From Candidatus Latescibacterota bacterium (GTDB lineage Bacteria; Latescibacterota; UBA2968; UBA8231), in NCBI GenBank assembly GCA_965217585.1, contig OZ244561.1, forward strand, positions 1,600,001-1,664,000: DNA of 64,000 bases, read 5' to 3'. The notes beneath the pieces are model-generated. The model searched no databases, had not been told where the DNA came from, and saw nothing but the letters and a program-made list of their open reading frames with translations. The translations under genes and the position numbers were made by a program. Position 1 is the first letter of the stretch; each line of letters begins with the position of its first letter. Shown piece by piece: positions 55,868 to 64,000 of this stretch.

Positions 55868-57649
55868 CTACTCGTATAGGTTTAACGCCTGCTGCCAGCC
55901 GCTTATCTGACGCCGGCGGTCGCGGTCTGTCACCATCTGGATGGGTCGCCCGCGGCCATCCAGCACTAGCCCTACGACCCCGCCGCGCACCCGCGCATTT
56001 AGGGCCTGCCCCGGGCCAGCACCCACATCCCAACGCCGCGCCGGCTGGAGTGAGACTTCGACCTCCTCGCCGTCGGCCAAGGGCATCCACTGTAGCTGGC
56101 CGACCTGCAATTGGCCGATTTGACTCCCGCTGGGCAGGTCTATTTCGTATTGGAGGCAAACCTCGCCGTCCTTACCCTCGCCGACGGGAGCCACACAAGT
56201 GCCCAAGTAGATCAGGCAATCGCGCTCAAAAACCTCGGTGGCGGCTCGCTCGTCAACAGTCGAGAGCACCCCCAAGTGAGGCATCATAAAGATGCTATCG
56301 ACCGCCAAGCGGGTGACACCTGCGGGCTGGAAGGCATCTATGAGCATGGCGCAACTTTGCTCGCGGCGAGGCGCGTGCGAGAGCACGCCACCGCTGCCGA
56401 CTAACATGTCTAGCGCCATCATCTCGACTAAGCTCTCGCCGGTGGCCTCCTGTTCAAAGACATCGGCCAGCGTGCGCTTGCTCTGCACCCCCTTCAACCC
56501 CACTGCCAACGCCCGGTGCTGGTCAAAGGCCAAGCGCAGAGCCTCGCGGGCAATGGCTTGCTCGACTTGCAATTCCTGCATGAGCTGCGGGATGGTCGTC
56601 GGGCGGATCATCTTGTTTTTGATCCGGTCGCGGAGGTCGGCCTCCTCAATGTCAAAGGGAACCCAGCGCATGATGTGGTCGAGGCCGGCCTCGGCCAGCA
56701 CGTTGGAGACGCTATAGGACATGCCGAGATTGGCACTGACCGTGCGGTTGAACACGCCGTCGAAGACGCTGAACACGTCGGTCGTCGCCCCGCCGATATC
56801 CACACCGACGACGTTGATCCCCTGCTGGCGGGCAATGGTCTGCATGATTTGGCCCACCGCCCCGGGCGTCGGCATAATCGGTGCGCCGGTCCAGCCCATC
56901 AGCTTGCGGTAGCCAGGCGCTTGCGCCATGACGTGTTCGAGGAAAAGGTCGTGAATGACGTGCCGCGCCGGGTCCAGATTTTCCTCTTCGAGCACGGGGC
57001 GGATATTCTCGGTAACGGTCAGGGCCATCTTCCCCCCCAGCGCCTTTTCGACCTCCTCGCGCGCGTCCTCATTGCCCGCAAAAATAACCGGCAACTTAAA
57101 GCCCGCGCCAAAGCGGGGCTTGGGATCGGCCGCGCTGATGAATTCGGCCAACTCGACCACATGGCTGACGGTGCCGCCATCCGTGCCGCCCGACAGCAAT
57201 ACCATATCGGGGCGCAATTGGCGGATGCGCTCTATCTTTTCGTGCGGTAAGCGCCCATCATTGGCGGCGAGCGCGTCCATGACGATCGCCCCGGCACCCA
57301 AGGCGCAACGCTGCGCGCTCTCGCCGGTCATCGCCAGCACCACGCCGGCCACCACCATCTGTAACCCGCCGCCGGCACTGCTCGTCGAGATGTAGATATC
57401 AACCCCGACATCGCCGTCTGCCGGAGTGATGATCCGCTCGCCATCGAGGATCTGCCGCCCAGAAAGCTCCTCGACCTCTTGAATGGAGTTAAGCATCCCC
57501 CGGGTGACATCCTCAAAGGGGGCCTCGACCGTGGTTGGGGCCTCGCCGCGAAAGGTCTGGCGATACCCTTCGTCCTTCTTTTCGATCAGGATCGCCTTGG
57601 TCGTCGTACTGCCGCAGTCGGTGGCGATAACTACGTTGAGGTCATCCAT
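55868..57649 (-). CDS. GlmL/MutL-like (glutamate mutase L family) ASKHA ATPase
   Basis: TDCGSTTTK, SSAGGGL, LLSGGTDGG, PTPGAV, VDIGGATTDV.S, GSGGVLSH. Confidence 0.88.
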   Translation of the reverse strand: MDDLNVVIATDCGSTTTKAILIEKKDEGYRQTFRGEAPTTVEAPFEDVTRGMLNSIQEVEELSGRQILDGERIITPADGDVGVDIYISTSSAGGGLQMVVAGVVLAMTGESAQRCALGAGAIVMDALAANDGRLPHEKIERIRQLRPDMVLLSGGTDGGTVSHVVELAEFISAADPKPRFGAGFKLPVIFAGNEDAREEVEKALGGKMALTVTENIRPVLEEENLDPARHVIHDLFLEHVMAQAPGYRKLMGWTGAPIMPTPGAVGQIMQTIARQQGINVVGVDIGGATTDVFSVFDGVFNRTVSANLGMSYSVSNVLAEAGLDHIMRWVPFDIEEADLRDRIKNKMIRPTTIPQLMQELQVEQAIAREALRLAFDQHRALAVGLKGVQSKRTLADVFEQEATGESLVEMMALDMLVGSGGVLSHAPRREQSCAMLIDAFQPAGVTRLAVDSIFMMPHLGVLSTVDERAATEVFERDCLIYLGTCVAPVGEGKDGEVCLQYEIDLPSGSQIGQLQVGQLQWMPLADGEEVEVSLQPARRWDVGAGPGQALNARVRGGVVGLVLDGRGRPIQMVTDRDRRRQISGWQQALNLYE

Positions 57650-57977
57650 GCTTTTGGCTTTCGCGCTGGGCAATGGCCTCCGCGAGCAAGTCTATGCTCT
57701 GGCGTCGCTCCAACATGTGCGTAAAGCGCTGGTACTCGTCGCGCGAAAAAACCAGCGTGGCAAACGGGGCTAAAAAGGTCAGGGCTTGGCTGCCCAAAAA
57801 GTTGAGGGGACGGCAAGCCTCCAACGCCATGGACGCTGCCGCTCCCATGCGGCGACGTACTATAAACTCGGCCAGCCGCTCGGCGAGCGCGCGCTCGTCC
57901 TCAGACCAACCCGTCTCCGGGTCTTCGAGGGCAAAAGCGTGCCGCCACTGCGTTTTTAAGCTATTGACTTGGAACAT
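57642..57977 (-). CDS. Small hypothetical protein
   Basis: Fills the operon gap with overlaps on both sides; LE..RPLNF.GSQ...FL.PF motif. Confidence 0.7.
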   Translation of the reverse strand: MFQVNSLKTQWRHAFALEDPETGWSEDERALAERLAEFIVRRRMGAAASMALEACRPLNFLGSQALTFLAPFATLVFSRDEYQRFTHMLERRQSIDLLAEAIAQRESQKHG

Positions 57978-58377
57978 GGCACCGGACGAAGCGCGCAACT
58001 TCTTCGCGGTTTTGATCGCACCGCAAAAAGACGCCGCGAAAAGAGTCCAGCCGACCCGGGCGGGCGGAAGGACGCAAAAAAATACCGTCCCGATGCTCGT
58101 CTGCTCGACGGAATTCCGCCCAAGAACGACGCTGTTTAAGGCCGAGATGTTCGCTGCTTATCCCTTCGCCGTCGAGCGCGTAGCGCGTAGCAAAGAAATA
58201 GCGCGACAGCGAGACGGTCAAGGCTCCCAGTGAAAACACCCCATAAAACCAATGCTCAAAACCAAACGCCGCCGCCGCTGAGGAAGCGACGATGAGCGCG
58301 ACTAGCAGTATCGACTTGGCCGGCCTCTCCCGGCGCAGGGGGTGGCTCTCCCAGCGAAGGACGTCTGTGGAGGACAC
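57961..58377 (-). CDS. Small membrane protein (2 TM plus bacterial PH-like beta domain)
   Basis: W..HP, two TM helices, YF..TRY.L...GI, R.W..F. Confidence 0.7.
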   Translation of the reverse strand: MSSTDVLRWESHPLRRERPAKSILLVALIVASSAAAAFGFEHWFYGVFSLGALTVSLSRYFFATRYALDGEGISSEHLGLKQRRSWAEFRRADEHRDGIFLRPSARPGRLDSFRGVFLRCDQNREEVARFVRCHVPSQ

Positions 58378-58392
58378 GGAGGACGCGTCCTA

Positions 58393-60234
58393 TTAGTACA
58401 TCTGCTCTTCCTGCGCGACCCACCAGTCTTGCAAGCGGACACCGGGGGGATACCAAGTGACGCCGCTGAAGCGCCGACTATAGGCTTGGGACGAGCGCGA
58501 CTTCCACATGAAGGTGTACGGCTGTTCTTCGCGTAGGATCTCCTGAAAGCGGCGATAGAGCTCGATGCGCTTATCCACGTCAAACTCGCGGCGGTAGGAC
58601 TCCAAGATGTTATCAACTTCGTCGTTGATAAAGCTCACGTGGTTGGAGCCGTTTTTTACCGCTTGGGAGGAATGCCAGATCTGGTAGCCGTCGGGAGCAA
58701 AGCGCAGGCTGCCGGTCCAGCCCAACACTATTGCGTCAAAATCCTTGCTCTTGACCTTTTGCAGGAAGATCGACCAGTCTAGCTCGCGCACTTGACAGTC
58801 AATGCCGATATCTTGCAACTCGTATTGGACCGTCAGGGCGATGTCTTTGCGAATCTGGTTGCCCGAGTTGACCAAGATCTCAAAGCTAAATGGCACCAAC
58901 TCCCCATCGATGGTCTTGTCGAGAATGCCGTCCTCGTCGGCGTCCGCCCAGCCAGCCTCTGCGAGCAGGTCGAGGGCGTGGTCGGGATCATACGTGTACG
59001 GCGCGAGGGCGTGGTTGTATTCGGGGCGGAACTTGTTGATCGGCCCCTCCACCGTCTCGGCCAAGCCGAACATGATGTTCTCCACCATGCCTTCTCGGTC
59101 GGTCAAATAGGTCATGGCTTGGCGCACCTGCTTATCGCCGAAAATCGGATGGTTGTTGTTCCACCCTATGTACATATAACCCTCGGAGTAGCTGACGCCT
59201 TTGAGGAAGCGGCGGTTGAAGTCGTCCGACCAACTCTTTTCCTTGAACTCCAGAGGACGCAGGCTGTGGTAGTCGAGGTGGCCGTTGGTCAGCTCGATGA
59301 ACGCCGCGTCGGTATTGTTGATGATGTTAAAGACGATCTTATCGACAAAGCCGGGCGGCAGCAGCCCTTCCACATCCCGACCCCAGTAGTTTTCATTCCG
59401 CGTCAGCACGACCTTCTGCTGAGTGACCAAATCGCGCTCTGGATCTTCAATCATGTACTGCCCCGACCCGAGAGCCTTGCGATTGAAATTTTGGTTGAAC
59501 TGTTCAGCAAAGCGCTGGACTCGTTCCTTGTGCGGCCCCTCCTCCCAAGAGCCATCCACCAAGCTCTTAAAATCGACCGAATCCATCAGCCCCTCTGGGT
59601 CGTAGAAATGCTTAGGCAGGATGGAGAAGCCGCCCAAGATCAGGTCATTGCGGAAATAAGGCTCGCGGCAAAGGAAGCGAATCTTGTTGGTGCCCACGAT
59701 CTGCACGTCCCGGACGGTAGCATAGTAGTTGCGCAGATGCGGCGCTAGCACTTGGGGGTTGTGGATGACCTTCATGCTGAAGACTACATCCGCAGCCGTC
59801 AGCGGCTTGCCGTCTGAGAAGTACACTCCGTCGCGCAACTCAAACGTGTACGTCAGTTTGTCCTCAGCAATCTCTGGATAGCCGACGGCCACCCAGCCCC
59901 GCAGGTTGTACGGGGGATCATGGTCAGCGTCGAGCAGGGTCTCAAAAATATGCCCCAGTACCTGGCTAGCACTGGCATCGCTGGAGGTGTACGGGTTGAG
60001 CTTTTCGGGGTCGGACAGCATGTGACGCACCATCCAGTCGCCGTGGGTCGGCTCTTCACCTCCCTCGTAGCGCAGCGGCACCTTTTCGGTGCCGTCGAGT
60101 ACGACGATATCTTTGGTACTCATGAGAATTTCCTGCACTACTTCCCATGCTGAAGAGGGGTCATGGGAAGTAGTGCAGGAAATGACGCAGACGCCCAACC
60201 AAGCGGCCACAACGAACATTTTAACTTTCGGCAT
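58393..60234 (-). CDS. Peptide ABC transporter substrate-binding lipoprotein (family 5)
   Basis: Lipobox VISC, DP..LNP, YTF.LRDGV.FSDG.PLTA.DV.FS, F.D..VRQA. Confidence 0.93.
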   Translation of the reverse strand: MPKVKMFVVAAWLGVCVISCTTSHDPSSAWEVVQEILMSTKDIVVLDGTEKVPLRYEGGEEPTHGDWMVRHMLSDPEKLNPYTSSDASASQVLGHIFETLLDADHDPPYNLRGWVAVGYPEIAEDKLTYTFELRDGVYFSDGKPLTAADVVFSMKVIHNPQVLAPHLRNYYATVRDVQIVGTNKIRFLCREPYFRNDLILGGFSILPKHFYDPEGLMDSVDFKSLVDGSWEEGPHKERVQRFAEQFNQNFNRKALGSGQYMIEDPERDLVTQQKVVLTRNENYWGRDVEGLLPPGFVDKIVFNIINNTDAAFIELTNGHLDYHSLRPLEFKEKSWSDDFNRRFLKGVSYSEGYMYIGWNNNHPIFGDKQVRQAMTYLTDREGMVENIMFGLAETVEGPINKFRPEYNHALAPYTYDPDHALDLLAEAGWADADEDGILDKTIDGELVPFSFEILVNSGNQIRKDIALTVQYELQDIGIDCQVRELDWSIFLQKVKSKDFDAIVLGWTGSLRFAPDGYQIWHSSQAVKNGSNHVSFINDEVDNILESYRREFDVDKRIELYRRFQEILREEQPYTFMWKSRSSQAYSRRFSGVTWYPPGVRLQDWWVAQEEQMY

Positions 60235-60267
60235 ATTCTTCCCTTTGTACTAGCTATACCAAATCCA

Positions 60268-61188
60268 TCACACGAAGGTCAACCATCCGTGCCGATCCTC
60301 GACTTCGACGCGAACCACTGCGAAAAAGGCGTCTTGTATCTGCGCCGTGATCGGCCCGCACTTCCCACAGCCGATCGGCACTTGGTCGACGGCACGGATC
60401 GGCGTGATTTCGGCGGCCGTGCCGGTGAAGAACACCTCGTCGGCGATGTAGAGGAACTCGCGCGGAATACCGCGTTGCTCTACTCGCATTCCCAGATCGC
60501 GTATCAGGGTAATGGCGGTGTGGCGGGTGATGCCCGGCAGGATGGCAAAACACGATTCGGGCGTGTAGATCGAGCCGTTCTTGATGACAAAGATGTTCTC
60601 GCCGCTGCCCTCGCTCACCAACCCATCCGTTCCCAAGACAATGCCCTCGTCATAGCCGTTCGCATTGGCTTCGATCCGCACGAGCTGCGAGTTGAGGTAG
60701 TTGCCGCCCGCCTTAGCCAAGGCGGGAAACGTATTCGGGGCCATGCGATTCCACGACGAGGTGCAGACCGAAACGCCGTTTTTGAGCGCCGCCTCTCCGA
60801 GGTACTCTCCCCACTCCCAAACGGCGATCACTACATCAACCGGGCATCCCATCGGATCAACTCCCAAGTTCTCATAGCCGCGGAAGACGATCGGGCGGAT
60901 ATAGCAGGCCGCGAGTTGGTTGACGCGGATCGTCTCGAGGATGGCCTCTCTGATTTCCTCGCGCGTATAGGGAATTTCCATGCGGTAGATTTTGGCGGAA
61001 TCAAATAGCCTATTGACGTGCTCGTCGAGGCGGAATACGGCCGAGCCTTTCGCGGTCTTGTAACAGCGAATGCCTTCAAAAACGCTCGAGCCGTAGTGTA
61101 TTACATGGGAGAGCACGTGGATCTTGGCGTCGTCCCAATCGACCAATTGGCCATTGAACCAGATTTTATCGCATTTGGGCAGGGGCAT
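60268..61188 (-). CDS. ilvE: Branched-chain amino acid aminotransferase
   Basis: [42 protein letters not shown]; SD AAGGAG before ATG 61188. Confidence 0.96.
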   Translation of the reverse strand: MPLPKCDKIWFNGQLVDWDDAKIHVLSHVIHYGSSVFEGIRCYKTAKGSAVFRLDEHVNRLFDSAKIYRMEIPYTREEIREAILETIRVNQLAACYIRPIVFRGYENLGVDPMGCPVDVVIAVWEWGEYLGEAALKNGVSVCTSSWNRMAPNTFPALAKAGGNYLNSQLVRIEANANGYDEGIVLGTDGLVSEGSGENIFVIKNGSIYTPESCFAILPGITRHTAITLIRDLGMRVEQRGIPREFLYIADEVFFTGTAAEITPIRAVDQVPIGCGKCGPITAQIQDAFFAVVRVEVEDRHGWLTFV

Positions 61189-61263
61189 GTAGAGAATCTC
61201 CTTGGGCAAGCATGCGATTAATTAAGGTAACACCGCTGCGAAACCGTTACCAGTGTTAAGCAA

Positions 61264-63234
61264 TTACAGCGATCGCGAATAGGCCACATTCAAGCTGTTA
61301 AACGTACCGCTGCGCTGGTGACTCCGACTGCCCCGCAAGGTGAGCTTATTGTCGCTGCCGACTGGGTTGTAGTTGAAGTTCGCCGCTAGGTTCCGGTGTT
61401 TATTGTGGCGGTTGAGAGAGCGCGACTGTGCGAGCGTGGAGTAGTTGTAATCCCACTGGCGGGCGAGCTTGTAGGCGTAGCTTACGCCGGCCGAGTAGTC
61501 GGCGCTGGGCGAGTAGGTCATGCCAAATTGGATGGAGTGTGTGGCGTTTTCCTCTTCGACAATCTGGGCACCATTTTCCAAGATCAAAGTGCCGTCATCG
61601 TTGGCCGAGTAGTTGTAGCGCGCGTTGAGCGCAAGGTCGTCGAGGACCTTGCGCCGGAGCGAGTGCCCCATGCTCCAGCCGCGGCGGATATTGCTTTTGC
61701 GCGACGACTCGCGGCGATTGACTTCGCGGTCGAAGTCGTAAATGGTGCGCCTCGCAGAGACGCTGAATCTGTGCGAAAAGGACGCGCTCATGCGCTCGTA
61801 ATTGGTGCCGATACTGAGCGAGAGGTTGCGGTTGCGCGAGTTATCCCCGGCGCGGGTGGCGTGCATGTTCACGCGGTGTAAAAAGCTATTTTTGAGATCG
61901 ACATTGAGCTTGGTGCCCGAGCGCAGGGTTGCGTCGTAGCTAAGGGTAACACTGTTGTTGAAGGTGTCGCGGTCCTGCTTGGGATCCCCTGGATTTTCCG
62001 AGCGTTTGATCTCGCCAAAGGTCGCCAGCCGCAGCGAGTGCGCATCGGATAGGGGCCAGTTGAGAGAGCCGTTGAGAAAGAGGTTGCGGTCGCTCAGGTC
62101 GGAGCTTGGATCGCGGCACGTTCCATCCGCCGAGCGCGTGAAGTGGCTATCACAAAGGCTGGTATCGGGTACCCTCACCGCCAGCCTTCGCATGTCGCTG
62201 CCCTTGAAGCGGACGCTAGAGTTGAAGACCAGCTTCTCGATCAGCTTGCCCGAAAGTGACGCGTCCCAGCTAAAGTTCTCGCCGAGGCGATCGGTGCCGA
62301 AGAAGCGGTTGTCTAAGTCCTGGACCGCGTTGGCGCTGTTGGTGCGCTCGTTTTGACTGTACGAGGCGCGGTTTTGTATTTTGAAGCCCCCTAGATCGAA
62401 CTTCACACTGGAGGAGAAGCTAGTGCGGCGCGTTTCCGATAGCTCGGCGTTGACCATCGTGTCGCGCAGCACGGTCTCGCCGACCACGCCCTCGCTGATG
62501 GCGCGGCGCGTGAAACCTTGCTGAGAGCGGTTCTCAGACATACTCAGACCGACGCGCACCTCGCCGGGGAAGGTATAGCTCACATTGCCGCTCAGCCGCT
62601 CGCTGCGATTCTTGTTGTGTTCGAGCGTATCGTCCGTTTTGCTCAGCGAAATCGAGTTGTTCAGCTTCTGGCTCGCAATCTCGATGTCAGGCGAGACCCT
62701 CAGCGAAGCATTATAGCGGATCCCGGTCTCCTTGATGGTGCTGTCGAGGCTAGCGCGGCTAGCGCGGGTGGCCGTGATTAGGCTCGGGGTCAGGCTGGCA
62801 CTCAGACTCTTGAATGGGCCGCTGCTCAACGGCTTGGACCTAAATCCAAAGTTAAAGGACTGGCTGCGCGTCTTCTGCTTCTGTAGCGTTAAGTTGCGCG
62901 TGCTCATGCTGGCACCGAGGCTGATGGTGGCCTTCGGGCCGAGAATCGGATAGTTGATCGAAGATCGGCCCGAGGCATTGTCCTGCCAACTTTTGCCGCC
63001 GCTGCGATCATCGAGGGAAAACCCCATACTCGCCAATGCGTTAATCGTCAGCTTGGACGTCGAATCGCCCACCGCCGAGAACCGCACGGGCGTCGAGTAG
63101 CTCCAGCTAGGAAACGAGTGGTTCCAAGAGGTGCGGGAACTGGAGCGGCTGAAGTTGAGCTTGTAATGCTGCGCATCGGCCGCCGCCCATGCGGCCAAGA
63201 CGAGCCACGCCACGTGCCACAGGACCGGCTTCAC
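61264..63234 (-). CDS. Hypothetical secreted protein, probable large outer-membrane beta-barrel
   Basis: GTG start overlapping the rsmA stop, AxA signal peptide, alternating hydrophobic/Ser-Arg-Asn strands throughout. Confidence 0.65.
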   Translation of the reverse strand: MKPVLWHVAWLVLAAWAAADAQHYKLNFSRSSSRTSWNHSFPSWSYSTPVRFSAVGDSTSKLTINALASMGFSLDDRSGGKSWQDNASGRSSINYPILGPKATISLGASMSTRNLTLQKQKTRSQSFNFGFRSKPLSSGPFKSLSASLTPSLITATRASRASLDSTIKETGIRYNASLRVSPDIEIASQKLNNSISLSKTDDTLEHNKNRSERLSGNVSYTFPGEVRVGLSMSENRSQQGFTRRAISEGVVGETVLRDTMVNAELSETRRTSFSSSVKFDLGGFKIQNRASYSQNERTNSANAVQDLDNRFFGTDRLGENFSWDASLSGKLIEKLVFNSSVRFKGSDMRRLAVRVPDTSLCDSHFTRSADGTCRDPSSDLSDRNLFLNGSLNWPLSDAHSLRLATFGEIKRSENPGDPKQDRDTFNNSVTLSYDATLRSGTKLNVDLKNSFLHRVNMHATRAGDNSRNRNLSLSIGTNYERMSASFSHRFSVSARRTIYDFDREVNRRESSRKSNIRRGWSMGHSLRRKVLDDLALNARYNYSANDDGTLILENGAQIVEEENATHSIQFGMTYSPSADYSAGVSYAYKLARQWDYNYSTLAQSRSLNRHNKHRNLAANFNYNPVGSDNKLTLRGSRSHQRSGTFNSLNVAYSRSL

Positions 63235-64000
63235 AGCCCCTCCTTGCCTAAGCGCGAGTAGGCGTCGCCCAGCCGGATGAATTCCTCTAGCGACAATTCC
63301 TCCGGGCGGCGCGTTAATTCGATACCCGCCTGCTGGCCTAGCTCTTGCAGCCAAGGCCGGCCCCCCTCGGGATTGAGGCCGAGGAGCGAATTGCGCAGCA
63401 TCTTGCGCCGCTGGCCAAAGGCTCGGCGCACCAAGCGGTCAAAACAGCCCACGTCCTTTACTGCATAGCGGGGCTTGGGGGCAAAGCGCAGTTCGACTAC
63501 GGCCGAATCCACCGCCGGCACAGGCCGGAAGCAATCGCGCCCCACCTGCAAGTGCATCTCCACTTCGGCTCGCATAGCCACCAGCACCGACAGCAAGCTG
63601 TAATCCTTTGAACCGGGGCTAGCGACCAAGCGCTGAGCCACTTCGCGTTGGACCATGACGATGGCACGGCTGATACAACCGGCGTGTGCGATGAGGTGAA
63701 AGATCAGCGGAGCGGTGATATTGTAGGGAAGGTTGCCGACAATCAGCAGCCGATGACCGCCCGCGTCCCGCAGAACCTCCCCGAGATCGACTTGCAGAAT
63801 ATCTCCTTCGATCAAGCGCAACCTACACGCGTCTTGGCGTGCGCACAGCAAGGCCACCAAGTCGCGGTCGATTTCCACGGCCACTAGGCGATCCACAGAA
63901 GCGAGCAGCACCTCGGTCAACGCGCCCCGGCCCGGGCCAATCTCGACGACCACCTCGCCAGCGGCCGGGCGCACCAGCCCAGCAATGGCCTCTATGACAC
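63231..64000 (-). CDS. rsmA: 16S rRNA m6,2A dimethyltransferase (5'-truncated by window)
   Basis: EIGPGRGALT, VEIDRDL, GNLPYNIT, MVQREVA, F.QRRK.LRN. Confidence 0.96.
   Translation of the reverse strand, partial: VIEAIAGLVRPAAGEVVVEIGPGRGALTEVLLASVDRLVAVEIDRDLVALLCARQDACRLRLIEGDILQVDLGEVLRDAGGHRLLIVGNLPYNITAPLIFHLIAHAGCISRAIVMVQREVAQRLVASPGSKDYSLLSVLVAMRAEVEMHLQVGRDCFRPVPAVDSAVVELRFAPKPRYAVKDVGCFDRLVRRAFGQRRKMLRNSLLGLNPEGGRPWLQELGQQAGIELTRRPEELSLEEFIRLGDAYSRLGKEGL

Noticed and set aside
55868-57649. DNA mismatch repair MutL or a functional glutamate mutase operon
   Set aside because: The motifs are ASKHA, not GHKL, so the name overlap is coincidental; no glmS/glmE genes are nearby.

Overview
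GC-rich bacterial chromosomal window with almost all genes on the minus strand. PorV-like and T9SS-CTD-like genes, a group II GGGP synthase and a large SRP RNA suggest a deep-branching FCB-group organism such as Latescibacterota; this is an inference. Layout: (1) 1-13.3 kb is a copper/heavy-metal locus with a Tm-1-like gene (partial), a CopA P-type ATPase, a small secreted temptin-like CxxCH protein, a long Rieske-fusion protein, a CusABC-type efflux system and a Cys-rich leader ORF. (2) 13.3-23.9 kb holds mixed enzymes and envelope genes: a P-loop kinase-like gene, hemH, a beta-propeller protein, an esterase, a degenerate GH78, DegP, and an OM protein/lipoprotein pair. (3) 23.9-40.3 kb is housekeeping: metK, ptsI, ptsH, GGGPS, alaS, recX, recA, pgpA, pgsA, recR, dnaX, SRP RNA, 3 tRNAs, tadA, a carbamoyltransferase with an SxtJ-like partner, and lysA. 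(4) 40.2-61.2 kb is one tightly packed minus-strand locus: ilvE, a peptide-binding protein, a six-gene uncharacterised module (GlmL-like ASKHA ATPase, barrel-sandwich/KOW protein, DUF6754-like protein, three further membrane proteins), a TonB-dependent receptor, a large CTD-bearing surface protein, a PorV-like barrel, a TPR lipoprotein and two ABC permeases with no ABC ATPase. This locus is the best candidate for an undescribed system. (5) An OM barrel-like gene and partial rsmA end the window. No CRISPR, transposase or integrase was seen. All family calls come from reading motifs; no searches were run.
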